Assembly (NCBI GenBank): GCA_965649825.1
Contig: OZ287698.1
Coordinates: 1,565,949 to 1,629,948, forward strand
Length of the DNA: 64,000 bases
Source: Penicillus capitatus
Lineage: Eukaryota; Plantae; Chlorophyta
Direction of reading: 5' to 3'
The position numbers and the translations under genes are program-made. The notes below the pieces were generated by a model, which did not search any database, was not told the DNA's origin, and was given only the letters and a program-made list of their open reading frames with translations. Of the stretch, positions 35,423-48,800 are shown one piece after another. The stretch's first letter is position 1. Each line of letters begins with the position of its first letter.

Positions 35423-36032
35423 ATGAGCATGTCAGAGTTCCTACAAGCGCCGTTCGATGAGCTGTGGGAACCGGACGTCTCACGTCTGGGCCTTGACTGG
35501 ACTGCAGAGACGAGACCACTCACCTTCCATGCGGGAGAAGGCGCCGCGTCTAGGTACAGCTTTCGACCGCATGTGGATTTTGGTGCTATACACGCCTTGC
35601 AAGGCACATCTGTAAGGAGATCCTCGTTGTTCTCTGTCTCTCTTGACAATCGATTTGTCTTGCAGCGTCCTGCTGGTTATGGTTTTGGAATGTTTGATTT
35701 GATGCCACCGAACACCACAAGCCGTGTGACACGTGGTGTCCATCCTCGCGTTCTAAGACACATGAAAACGGTAGAGACAGCTCATTGTGTGCGCCTAAGA
35801 AAACTGTGTGGTGGTGGTTGCCCAGAGGAAGATAGGGAACAAGGACAACGTTAAAGAATGTCACATCTGCATGGAAGCCTTTCAGATCGGGAACCGTGCT
35901 ACAGAGCTTCCATGCAAGCATTTATTCTGTGGGCCATGCATTCGTGAGTGGCTGAAGAATAATGACACTTGTCCTGTCTGTCGGTACAAGTTTCCTGAAC
36001 GCCAGACATTTCTAACATCCAATCAAGAATGA
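35423..36032 (+). CDS. RING-H2 E3 ubiquitin ligase (small, C-terminal RING), 2 introns
   Basis: Spliced: GVHPRVLRHMKT|RKIGNKDNVKECHICMEAF...LPCKHLFCGPCIREWLKNNDTCPVCR. The ligand pattern C-C-C-H-C-C-C-C is C3HC4-like in a RING-H2-like context. Confidence 0.85.
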
Positions 36033-36646
36033 AGTCACTCTCTGTAGTCCTTCCTTGTTCTGCCTTTCAATAATGCAAAGCAAAGTCAACGTCGACAGCA
36101 TCAAAACTTCTTGGATTTCATCTCTAGAGACCGATGGGTTCTGATTCAAGTGTGAGGTGTGCGTCTATCTCACTCATGCGGCCATTGTTTCCCCTCGCTA
36201 GAGCGACCCATTCAGTTTTGCACCTGTTATCTGGCGCTGTTCATTCTTTGATGTTGCATATGGTGTTTAAACAGAATGTGATAGTGACGATGGTCATGTT
36301 GGTAGGGTGGCGGCGGTGGTGGCGGGTACAGCAATCTTAATTAATGCAGAATATCTTAAGTGACCATTCAAAGACAGAGGTATTTGTCCAGTCCCAGGAT
36401 AAACCCTTGTCCATTCAATATTCTTGTGTCGTTGCAAAATGTCACAAGATACAGATAGACATCTCCCTCCCTTTGACTAAGACAATTATTGTTTCTGCGA
36501 GACACCCATCTGTCTTCGTGAAATGACCCTTAGAGTCTGTCGATGGGACGTTCGCGACCAGTTGCGTGTTTTGCCCAGTCCAAGAGCACCATCACGACGG
36601 CGGACGTCAAACTCGATGCTCACCCGACACGCTTCATCGTCTTGCC

Positions 36647-37977
36647 ATGAACGACAGCACATCACAACCTGTTTCTGCCAATACGTTTCCAGGGGATCGT
36701 CCGTTTTCTTTGGACGTCCATCGAGCATTGGACATTGCTCGCAACCGACCCACGAACACCGTGGTGAGGTATTGACATGCCACTTGTTCATATGTCATCT
36801 ATCAATGGTGACCTCTTGCTGCTTCTCTTGCTGTTGCCGCTTAATAAGCCCGCCGCACTGTTGCGCTCTCAGTAAGTTTGTGTTTCCTATCAGGCCAAAC
36901 GACAAGGCTGTCAGCGCACGTCGCGGTCTGGAACGACGTGGAAGTCGAAGCACTTCGACGTTTCGAGGCGTGACGCACCATTGCCGAACGGGTCGATGGG
37001 AAGCGCATATCTGGGAAGATGGCAAGCAAGTTTACCTCGGGGGCTTCGACACTGAAGAGCAAGCGTCGGTTGCTTACGACATGGCAGCGCTCAGATGTCG
37101 AGGCGTCACTGCCATCACCAATTTCGATATCTCGAATTACGAACGAGAACTGGAACATCTTCACGAAGTGAGCGACCGACGGGCGGCCTTTCGCCTTACC
37201 ATTTTCGTTCGAGGTCTCGAAGATGGATCTGATCCTGTCGCTCAGAGAACAGAGCAAGTCAACGGCAAGGCGCCGAACGGCAAAAGTTCATCCGCGACGC
37301 ATAAGAGCGCCAAGGAGTTCTTCGAAGTATGCTTGCCTGTATGTTACGGGTCTGTTTGAGGCGATGGTGTGTCGAAAGAATCTCGGATGCCGAATGGGAT
37401 GCAGGCAATGACGCATCAGATTGGAACGACACCATTCTGGCATTTCGAAAAAGGACAATGACCACAACGGGCAAAAGAAAGGCGCGATCAGCCTCCTTTC
37501 TAATAACTGTACGCCATTTTTTTCTTCGCCGACACGAAAATGTGTAGCGTGCATAACGACGGGCGACAACGTCCTTCTGTAGAACGCCGAGGAAAACGAG
37601 ATTCGGGGCAAGTGTTCGACATGGAAGCTCTCTGCTTTCCTCGGAGAACAGGTCCATTTGAGAAACACCTTCCTGTTCGAACGGGTGTTCGACTGAGTCT
37701 GTCTGTATTGCAGGAGAATGGAGAGAAGGGCAAAGATGCGCGAACAGCAAAGGCGACTCCTTTCAAATCCCATTCGACACAGAACATTCGCACAAGTCTA
37801 AAGCGACCCTCGCTCGAAAGTCTCCAAGAAGAAGAAGAAGAAGACGGGGAAGACCTTATCTCGATGTTGAATTTTGACTTTTCCTATGGATGTCTGGACC
37901 CAATGGGCGACGACAAGATAGAAGTCGGCGGTTTTCTGAAGACCGACGACGACGATGACCTCGATTTTATTATCTAG
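36647..37977 (+). CDS. AP2-domain transcription factor (euAP2/WRI/ANT-like), single AP2 domain, acidic C-terminus; outer exons uncertain
   Basis: STFRGVTHHCRTGRWEAHIWEDGKQVYLGGFDTEEQASVAYDMAALRCRG...TNF, followed by the linker VSKMDLILSLREQS. Confidence 0.9.
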
Positions 37978-38190
37978 GGCTGAGAGTATTTCATCTGTAG
38001 TTGTCGGAATTATTATTTTGCAATGTCCATTTCTTGCGACTATATTTCGTTTTCTTGGAGAGTGCAATGTGAATCTCGTGTTGCTTCTTTTCTAGAGAAC
38101 GTATCCTGAAACAGTATTTGTTGTTTTTTGTTCATTGGGGACACCGTCCGCTATCGTGTTTAGCAGTTCTGCCGATTCGTAGCTCTTGAA

Positions 38191-39342
38191 ATGACGAGTA
38201 TTGTCGGACAGCTCAGACCAAACGCCCCTGCTTTTACCCCTTCAAGGAATTGGCCCATCTCGTATCCCACTTCCCTCGGCGAGCCATCTGTTTTGTCTCC
38301 GCCCTTGTCAGAAATGATTGCCGATGTATGTCCGAATCGGTCGGTATGTGCTATGGACAAGACATTCTTGGCGATGTTCCTAGTGCGTTCCTATGGCGAG
38401 ACCTCAGTTGTTAGACCAAAGAAGCACAGGTCTACACGTTCGAATGGACGTTCCGCGACCTCCTAACGTTGAAATCTATCGCCTCCTCGACGAAGGTACC
38501 TTCTCAGGCCTTCTATCGTCGACTGACCGTTACAGCGACAGTTGTCTTTTCTCCGACAGCCGGTGTCTGCACACCAAGTCCTACTAATATGGCCGTTCTC
38601 CGTGCGCGTCGCCCTTTTAGCTCTCCGTCACTATTATTCGACCAAGTACGCGGGTACTCTCTCCGATTCCTCTGAGACTAAAATGTCGTGAGCAGGAGCG
38701 GAGAGAATTTGGTTGTGAATCCAGTAGGGAAGAATTGCCAACGCATGCAATGGCATGTTCGGAGACGGGACCCGTCTCCGTTCCGTTTTTTCCGTCGTTC
38801 AGTGGCAGTCAGCACGTTATGCCTGGCTGCAGTACGAAAGAACGTTGGATGACAGACCTCAAGCGCCATTCTTGTCTTCAGGTTTGTTCTTCAGTTATGC
38901 CATGCATGGCTGGAATTGGGAAGAAGTACATTCGCACTTCTTACCTGCGCCCGAATTTCTTGACAGCTTTACAGACCGGTATGACGACCGGAAACTCGAA
39001 CAGACGTCGATACCAGCACCGTCTATTTCTACTCGCGCCACAGTATCGCGAGAGACATCAGATGACGGTTGCCAGAATAAGAGAAGCGAAGGCCATCGCC
39101 GCACGAATGGGTCTAAGAAGACAGAACAAGAGGGAGAACGTCGACATTCGATTACCAAGAAGGATAGAGTTCCGCAGAGTAGAGGCACCGAGAGTACAGT
39201 TGTTGCAGCGATGGATAGGGTCTCAGTCTGCGGACCCGATATCGGTCCAGATGGCCGGCCAAAACTGAATGCGCGGTGCGAATTCTGCAGGCGGCCGATC
39301 TCAAGTAAGAGATCGTCTTTCATAGGCAGCGCCGAACGCTAA
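38191..39342 (+). CDS. Hypothetical multi-exon protein with N-terminal PAM2-like motif
   Basis: QLRPNAPAFTP at residues 7-17. ORFs are joinable through GT-AG introns (e.g. GTATGT...CCTAG after AD). Ends LNARCEFCRRP. Confidence 0.4.
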
Positions 39343-39856
39343 AGAGAGCGGAAAGCCGAGTGCTTGCCGCATTGTCAAAAGCGACAATGGACCTGAAGCG
39401 CGACTAACGCAGAAAGCAGTTAAGTGGTGTCGCCGCCGTCAGTGTCGTTGTCCATTCAGCGTCCCTCGTCGAAGTCTTCTTCGAAACCACTGTTGTGTGT
39501 TTATTATGTGTACAGACAGACAACACTGTTGCTGTTTTTAACGTCTTTATTGTAGAAAACGAAATGTGCATGTCGCGTTTTTGACGTTATCGTTCATTTT
39601 GGTCGCTGAATACGTCAAATAGACCAGCAGCGTCATGCAGAGATCTCTACGAGATGCATTGGTAACGACATTGCTGTCGGAACGGACCGTCATTGCGAGT
39701 GCGTGTCCATCCACAGCGTGCAAGGCAGGCGCGAAGGAAATCGCCTGCTCGCACAGCATCCCATGCATCCGATGAACCTTTCTCGAAGACGACGTCAAGG
39801 AAACCACGTCCATATACAGTAACCGCGCTGGCTTTCTGACAAGAGTCATTCACGAC

Positions 39857-42800
39857 ATGCAGGAAATGGATTCGGAGACTGTCGCATCACCATCGACCAT
39901 CACTGTTGACCTATCTGCGGTTCATGAGGTGGTTGATACGGCTGTCGAATGCAGAGTGGCATTAACAGGTCGCCGTCAACAGGTCCTTACCTCAGAGACG
40001 GAAACAGGACATAGAGCCCATGATCTCCAGGGTTCAGAAAATGCCAACGGATCGGACGGCGTCGTGCGTGACCGAGTGAACGGCAAAGAAGGGATGGGTT
40101 GTTCCTCGGCTGATCTCAAAGACGTCGGAAACGAGCAACAGTCACTGCTCTACATGAAGTCAGTGAACAACTATATCTCTCTCCTCACTCTAGGGATCTG
40201 TGTTGTAAAGGAAAGTCGAGAGGTTTATTCAGTCGCCCGAGACAGAGGAGTTTGTCTACTTGGCAATGCAGCATCCGTCTTCTGACAACTATGACCCTTA
40301 TGCTCTGAGAGTTGTCCCATACAACGATCTACAGACAGACGATTTCTTCACGTTGAGTGCGCGCGGCGTTGCCAGATTTGTCGAGAATGAGACTCAGTTC
40401 TGGGATCTGCATCGCTGGAAACACGAAGTCGCTATATTTTACAAACTAAAAAACATCAGGCTGTTCAGAATCTTTGTCACGTGGAAGACATACAGGTGAG
40501 GATGTCTTCCACGCCAGTGATGTTGTTATCTGATGGACAATGATCAAACAGGATTTGGGGAAAGGCTGTGCGCGAAAAGAAAATGCTGAGAGCACGGAAG
40601 GCGCTTACGGACAACTATTTTCTTCTGGATACCCTGTTTCAACCATTCATGCTTCAGATCAGCGAACTCTGCCACGCTGTGAGTCATAAGAGGCTCTGTG
40701 AGATTCTACCGGAGAAATCGTATGAACTCACCGATCTCGTGTCGCAAATCCAATCATCAAAGGCTGCTGTCCAAGATGTAAGCACACCTGCCTGGCAATG
40801 CGTTTCATCTGGGTCTGTGAATGATATGCTAGTTCATTGAACAGTTTGCTGCCGATGCAACGAAGTCTGTTATCTGTGCGTGTACTGATGACATGTCGAG
40901 ACTGGACAAAAAACTCGAAGACTTCAAAGCTGCGAGGCTCGAGAGCGCATCTGATAGATCGCAGACCAAAGCATCTATGCTCAGAAAAAAACGCACTGTG
41001 GCTAGACCGGCGAACTCTACCACTGTCAGCGGCTCTGTCGGTCAAGGCAATGCTGAAAGAGAGGAGTTTGCATACACAATGGATGCCGCCAGACGGACAG
41101 AACAGAGAAAACTTGAGAGATTCATCAACATGGTGGATCTCAGGATGTGTGACGCTGTCTATGCGATTCTGAAATCTTCCATCCAGGTCACCGGCGCATT
41201 AAATCCTTCTCTTCTTTACGAATGTTTAAGGCAGACGCTCTGTGAAAAATGGCAATGCCGAACTACACCATTTCCCTTCCTGAAGCTTAAGGTCCTCATG
41301 GATGGAGCTTCGTTGTCTCCGCGGTTGGAACCCAATCTAGAAGACGCGCTGGTATAGAAATCATCTCAAGACTTAGGATGATGTTGGACTGATTGCCTCA
41401 AGGATGACACTGAGTGCATGTCATCGGCATTCGTAGATGCAGTTTCTTCTCTGAATCGATTACTGAGCGTGGACGGCGTCGTCAATTTTGTATCACAGAT
41501 CGAGAATACACGAGATCCTGAAGTGCTAACTGATGTTTTGCACTTCGAAGAGCATTCGAGAGAAAGAGAATGTCTTCTGCAATCTGTTAGGAATGCCTAC
41601 GCAGATGTTGCTTCCTTTGCAGAGCAACTTCAACCTTTCTGGCAAGTACCCCCCTTACGACATTCCTCAACACTTGCTCTTCTAGCGACGAGATCACTCG
41701 AGAGAAGGACGATGATCTGGATGCTGTTGTCGAATCATACAAAAACAGTCTCTGCTCTCCCGCTGCTGAGTCTGCAGTAAAAAACGGTGTGTCGTCAAGA
41801 ATGGTTTTTATGTGCCGCTAAGCTTCTTCTATTAGGCACAGACGAAGGACTACTGCTGCTTCGTAGAGTGCTTGTGGCATTCACGTCTCGACTGGAGTTG
41901 ATCGATTCTCTTGAAGATACTTGTGTCATCGGGCCCTTCCATATCAGTACAATGGCGCTTAAGGAGTCTTTGCGGCCATACCCATCTCGATCCCTAGCGA
42001 AGCTGAATCTGTCGATCCCTGCCACAGCTGGAGGTTAGACGACGACGCACAATTGACCTCAGCCTGCTTGATGTCCTTTCTAGAGCTGTTGATGCAGTTG
42101 GGCGATGACTTGCACATGGCAACCTCAAAATTGGAAGCCCCCGAAGAGAGTGCTGAAGAGTATGTATCGAAACTGAAGCATCTGGAAATCGTTGAAACGA
42201 GAACTGAAGAGTTTCACAAGCGCTATTCAGATATCCAACGCTTGTATGCTTTGATTGACGATTTTGGTCTGGAGGTGACTGAAATCGATCGTGCTGCTCT
42301 TCTAAATCTCGCAAACGAGTCTGCCTGCCTGATATCCGCCGCCAAAATGGTGAACGCGTCGAAAAAGAGCAAAATAGCAGGGTACATGACAGAGCTTGAA
42401 ACAAGCAAGAGTGGTTTAGGGAAGACAATTAACTGACAGACACACTTGATTCGTGTAGATTTTGAAGAACTCAATGTTCTCTGTGTCGAACAACAGACAG
42501 CAGTTGAAGATAGCATCTTCTTGAGTAACCAGGCAGATTATGAAGATATTGTGCCCAACCTTAAGGAGGCCGAAGAAAAGATAGATGCTGTACAGAAGAA
42601 AGCCAAATGCATCAATGCGATTCAGCAGTTTCTCGGAATTCCTCTGTCCTCGACAGAACAAGTGGAATGTGTTTCTTCGGCAGTCGCAATGCGATTGGAA
42701 CTCTGGATTGGAAAGAAGGACTTTGATGAAGAAACGGATGGCATCTACTCTCAGAATTTCCTCGAAGTGGATCTCGCCCACGTGGATGAACTCGTGGCAC

Positions 42801-45800
42801 AGAATTCCAGAACAGTAAACAGGCTGGAGAAAAATCTGCCAGAGAATGATCGCCTGCCGATGTTCCACGCTCGAGTGGAGCAGGTTAAGAAGCTGCTGCC
42901 GATCATAACCAGTCTCCAGAATCCAATGCTCAAACACAGACATTGGGAGAAAATCGATGACATGGTTGGAAGTCCTCTCAGCGAGAAAACCTTCTCCTTG
43001 GAAGATCTGATAGAGATGGGCATCTTGCGCTGGACTGATTGTCTTTCATCCATTGCTGCAGAGGCAAGTCAAGAAGCTTCTTTGGAACAGACCCTGCAGA
43101 AGATCATCGAGAAATGGTCGGAGACTGAGTTCATACTTCTCAATTACAAAGAATCCAAAGACACATACATACTGACTGGCGTCGATGACATCACTGCTCA
43201 GTTAGATGATAGTTTGCTGACAATGAACACCATATCTTCTTCGAGGTCGTGCTGTTAACCATGATCATGTTGTGGTGGAAGCTTCGCATCTCCAGGTATG
43301 TCACTGGTATTCAAGCAGAGGCGGATGACGTCGATTGTCAGTTGAGTCTATTCTCGGACACCTTGGAGGAATGGCTGACATGTCAGAGAAACTGGATGTA
43401 TTTGGAAAGCATCTTTTCGGCACCTGATATTCAACGACAACTACCATCGGAGGCTAAAGCATTCCATACAATCGATACACAGTTCAGAGAGATAATGAAG
43501 AAAACAAAAGAGAGACCCAATGCTCTGAAAGCAGCCACGACCCCAGGTATCTGCCAATGCTCTTCAAATGACGCAGATGGATTCTGTGGGTGTTTGTCAG
43601 GTCGTTTGGAGATTTTTCAATCCCACAACGAGATGCTGGAGAAAATCCAGAAGAATCTCGAAGATTACTTGGAAACAAAGAGAATCGCCTTTCCAAGATT
43701 CTACTTCTTATCGAACGACGAGCTGCTAGAAATCTTGGCAGAAACGAAGAATGTCCAGGCCGTGCAACCTCATATGGGGAAGTGCTTTGACGGGATTCGA
43801 AAACTCGAGTTCGGTGCAGATCCCGGAAGCATAAGCATTCTGTCGATGATATCAGGTCTCTTCAGATGCAAGGGTCTGTTGCAATGTTTACAGAGAACTG
43901 AATACAATAGGAGAGGGAGAAACCGTGTCACTCGGGAAGAATCTGAAGGCGAGAGGGAGTGTAGAGAAATGGCTAGGAGATGTTGAATCCAGAATGGTGA
44001 GTTCCTTGAAGAGATTAGCAAAGACTGCCTACCAATCCTACGCGGAATTGAAGCGGACGGAATGGCTGCTGCAACAGCCTGCACAGTTGGTTCTGACAAT
44101 CAGCCAGATACGTTGGTGCGAAGACGTCGAAAGAGCATTGGAGAGATCATCCCCAGAAGCGCTGGATGAATTTTACAAAGTCTGCAGGGAGTAGGTGATT
44201 TCGAAGAATCCATACACGTGTTGTGCTTATGTCAGGAAAATGTTGCACGGTTGGCAGATCTGACAACTGTTGTGAGAGGAGAACTGTCAGAACTGCATCG
44301 CAGAATAGTCTGTGCATTGATTACTATCGATGTCCATGCACGTGATATCGTGCATTACCTGCAAATGGAATGCACAAGCGATTGCCATCAGTTCCCTTGG
44401 CAGATGCAGCTGCGCTATTACTGGAATAGCAATGATGAAATCGTGGCACGACAAGTACATCGAACGCACGTCAATCTTGAGCCTCTTGACCATAAATCTA
44501 TCTAGGTGACAGCTTCCCACAAGTACGGCTATGAATATCTCGGGGCCCAGTCCAGACTGGTTGTTACTCCGATGACCGATCGATGCTATATGACACTCAT
44601 GGGCGCTCTTCAGCTGAAGCTTGGTGGATCTCCAGCGGGTCCTGCAGGTAACGCATACACTTACTTGTGCCAGAATCTATTGCCAAGCGATGCACTCTTT
44701 CCGCGAAGGAACTGGAAAGACAGAGACCGTGAAGGACTTGGCAAAGGGTTTAGGAACGAACTGTGTCGTGTTCAATTGCGGAGAGAATCTCGACTGCAAT
44801 TTCATGGGCAAGTTCTTCAGTGGTATTGCACAGTCAGGAGCGTGGGCGTGTCTGGACGAGTTCAATCGAATTGGTCTTGAAGTCTTGAGCGTTGTTGCCC
44901 AACAGCTATTGACAATTCAGAATGCTCTAAAAAGTAACATGCACGAATTCCACTTTGAAGGGAGATTTATCCGACTCATACCGTCCTGTGGCATCTTCAT
45001 CACCATGAACCCTGGATATGCCGGCCGAACGGAGCTGCCAGAGAACCTCAAAGCAAGTGGCACGTGTCCCGTGCTGTATATATATGATCCTTCTAGGCTC
45101 TCTTCCGTCCTGTTGCGATGATGGTACCAGACTATGCACTCGTGGCAGAAGTCATGCTGTACTCAGAGGGGTTTGCTGATTCAAAGAATCTCTCCAGGAA
45201 GATGGTCCAGCTCTATAAACTCTCCAGTGAGCAGTTGTCGCAGCAGGTATGATGTGGCAGATCGTCTCTGGTTCTTAATGCGTTTGAGGTGTATATCAGG
45301 ATCACTACGATTTCGGAATGCGGGCTCTGAAATCTGTTCTAGTAATGGCTGGGCGTCTCAAGAGAGCACATCCGGATTTGCAAGAGGACATTGTGCTTAT
45401 CCGAGCTATGCGAGACAGCAACATTCCAAAATTCCTCCAATCCGACGTCGAACTCTTCGAGGATATCATTTCCGATCTCTTTCCAAACGTTCATCTACCT
45501 GATCAGGCACGTAGGCATTCCCAAGGTTGCTCTTCCAAATCGTTATTCTTATTTCAGTCCTATGGAGAACTGGAGTCTACCATAAGAGCCGTTCTAAGCG
45601 AAAACAAGTTGAAAGCATCGGATGTTGTGGTCAACAAATCTCTTCAGCTCTTTGAGACACTACATGTCCGCTTCGGCGTTATGCTGGTCGGTCCTGCTGG
45701 AAGAGGCAAAACCACATGCTATAAGACACTGGCATCCGCTCTCACGCAGCTGAAGTCCACGGGAAACACACATTTTCGCGAAACGCATGTTTCAGTGCTG

Positions 45801-48800
45801 AATCCCAAGAGTGTCACGATGGGGGAACTGTACGGCGAATACAGTCCTTTGACGAATGAATGGACAGATGGACTCGCTTCGACTTTGATTCGAGCAGCCG
45901 TGAACGACACGTCTCCGGATTTCAAGTGGATCGTATTCGATGGACCAGTAGACGCGATCTGGGTAGAGAACATGAACACAGGTATCCACCTTCTTCAACA
46001 CACAGCTGTCAATCGCTTGTTGCAGTACTGGATGATAATATGACACTGTGTTTACCGAATGGCGAAAGAATCAAGTTGAATGGAGAGTCTATGCGGATGC
46101 TCTTTGAAGTGGAAGATCTGTCTGTTGCCTCTCCGGCGACTGTCAGCCGATGCGGTATGGTCTATGTGCCTGAAGAGAATGTAGGGTGGAAAGATAATCT
46201 GCACAAGTGGATGCAACACCCTTTTTTCGATCACCTCAATGACGAAACGAAGATGACGATCGGGCAGCTCTTCGAAGAATTTGTACCACAGGGACTTCGT
46301 TTTTGGAAAGAAGAGGTCGTCTTTTGCAGACGACTGATGCTGACGGATGCTTCTGTAGGGTGATGCTTACATACCTTCTGTGGAATACAATATGGTCTCG
46401 ACGCTTTGTGCTATGATGGAATCGCTGATGTTACAGAAAGACAAGACCGAGGTCTTGTTTCAGTCCACGGTTCAAGACAGCCTTCGAGCAATCAGGATGA
46501 CGTTTGCTTTTTGCTTCATCTGGTCTTTTGGCGGAAATCTCAAAGAACAGGCAAGAACGGCATTTGATGCGTTTGTTCGGGAAGCATTTCGGAAAAGTGT
46601 CCCTTTTCCAGGCAAGTTTTCGCATCTGTTTTTTCTTCTTGTTGATTCTTTTGCATCTTCTAGATCAATCATCCGTCTTCGATTTCTATGTGAAGATTGA
46701 TCACTCTTCAACTCGATTCGAGAACTGGGAAGTGGCTGTCCCAAAATTTGCGTATGATAATCGACTGTCGTTTTCTGAGATCTTGGTGCCCACGATAGAC
46801 ACTGTTCGCTTCTCCGCACTCCTGAGAATGTGCTTGGAAGTGGAGAAACCGGTTCTCTTCACTGGTAGGATACTTACTGCTTGCTATCTCGCGTTCAGCA
46901 TCTCATTCATTATGGCTCTACAGGAATGGCAGGTGCTGGGAAAACGGCGATTGTGAGAACTGCCCTGACTGGGACGCTGCATCGATGTCTTAATCTCTGG
47001 GCACGGACATCATCTGAAGATGTTCAACTGTTCATGGAGCAACACCTCGAGAAAAAGCGCAAAACAAAGTAATGAAACACGATGGATGACATGCACAGAC
47101 ACACACTACTCGCATACAGATTGGGTGCGCCGCCAAACAAGAGAATGATATTCTTTGTCGATGATGTGAATCTGCCGACCAAAGAGATCTATGGAGCACA
47201 GCCGCCAGTTGAGATGCTTCGTCAGTTTGAAGACTTCAAAGGGTTTTACGATCGAAAGAAGTTCTTTTGGAAAGACGTCGAGGACACAGTGCTCTGTGCT
47301 GCCTGCGCTCCACCTGGAGGAGGCCGCGAGTCTCTCCCTCAAAGATTCACTCGACACTTTGCTCTATTCTCCGTTCCTGTCCCTGGACGGCAATCCATGT
47401 TCTCCATCATCAGCAAGTTGTTGCGTGGGCACCTGAACGGCGCACAACTGCCAGATGAGAACTTGTTGGAAGGAGTGATTTGGTGCTGTATCGATGTTTA
47501 CCTACGGTAAGCCTTATCCGTATCTCAGCTGGATCACACATGCGATGGTACAGAATTTCGGAGGAGCTGATGCCAACCCCAGATCGCATGCATTACACGT
47601 TCAATTTCCGCGATCTCTCTCGAGTCGTACAAGGGATGCTGTTGTTGAGTGCGGATCAGTATCTGAATTCCCAGTCCTTCATCCACGTATGGATGCACGA
47701 GACATTCCGTGTCTTCCACGATCGCCTGATCGACAAAAAGGACAAGGACCATTTTCAACTGATCATCAACGATGTCGCAAATGCTGCTCTCCCAGCAGAA
47801 CTGCTCCCAGATGTCTCCTTCGAAACGCTTCTCTTTGGAGACTTCATGAAGGCTGGAAACGAAACACGTGAAGAAAGACAATACAAAGAAATCAGCGAAC
47901 CAGATGCCATAAATGCTGTCATGTATCAGCTCTTGGAGGACTACAATACGATTTATAACAAGAATCCCCTCGATCTGGTTTTCTTTGAAGATGCCATCAA
48001 GCACATTGCACGTTTGGCACGAGTTCTGAAGATTCCGGGAGGACATGCGATGCTTGTCGGAGTTGGTGGATCTGGAAAAATATCTACGGCAAAGTTTGCC
48101 ACTTTTGTCTCTGGCTGTCAGCCTTTCTCGATTGAAGTCACAAGGAATTATGGAAAAGCGGAATTCGGAGATGACCTCAGGAAACTCTGTAGACTGGCTG
48201 GAATCGAGAAGAAGCCGACAGTATTCATTCTTTCAGACACCCAGATCGTCAGCGAATCGTTTCTAGAGGAAACAAGCATGCTGCTCGCGACAGGAGAGGT
48301 CCGTCCATCGCTGTGCTCGTAGTTTGATTCCAATATGCACCACACTAGGTACCTGGCCTCTTCGAGGATGAAGAAAAGGACCAGATCATAAACGACATGC
48401 AGAGCTCAAATGATTCACAGTTTGCGACAATGACCAAAGAAGAATGTTTCTCTGCGTTTATTAAGGGAATCAAAGAGAATCTGCATATCGTGCTGACAAT
48501 GACACCAGCAGGGAGCGCCTTCAAGGAAAGGTGAGTATGGAACAACATGGAGCGCCTGCATGGTGCCATCAGGTGCCGGAGACTACCATCCTTGGTGAAC
48601 TGCTGTACGATTGATTGGTTTACCCCGTGGCCACGATCGGCACTGCTCTCTGTCAGCAACAAAGTCTTGGCAGACATGGAGAACATCGATGAGCAGCAGA
48701 AAATGCACTTGGCAGAGCTCTGTGTGGAAATCCACGAGTCTGTGGCAAGCGCAGCTGAGAAATTCTATCAGGAACTGCATCGGAGATACTACATATCTCC

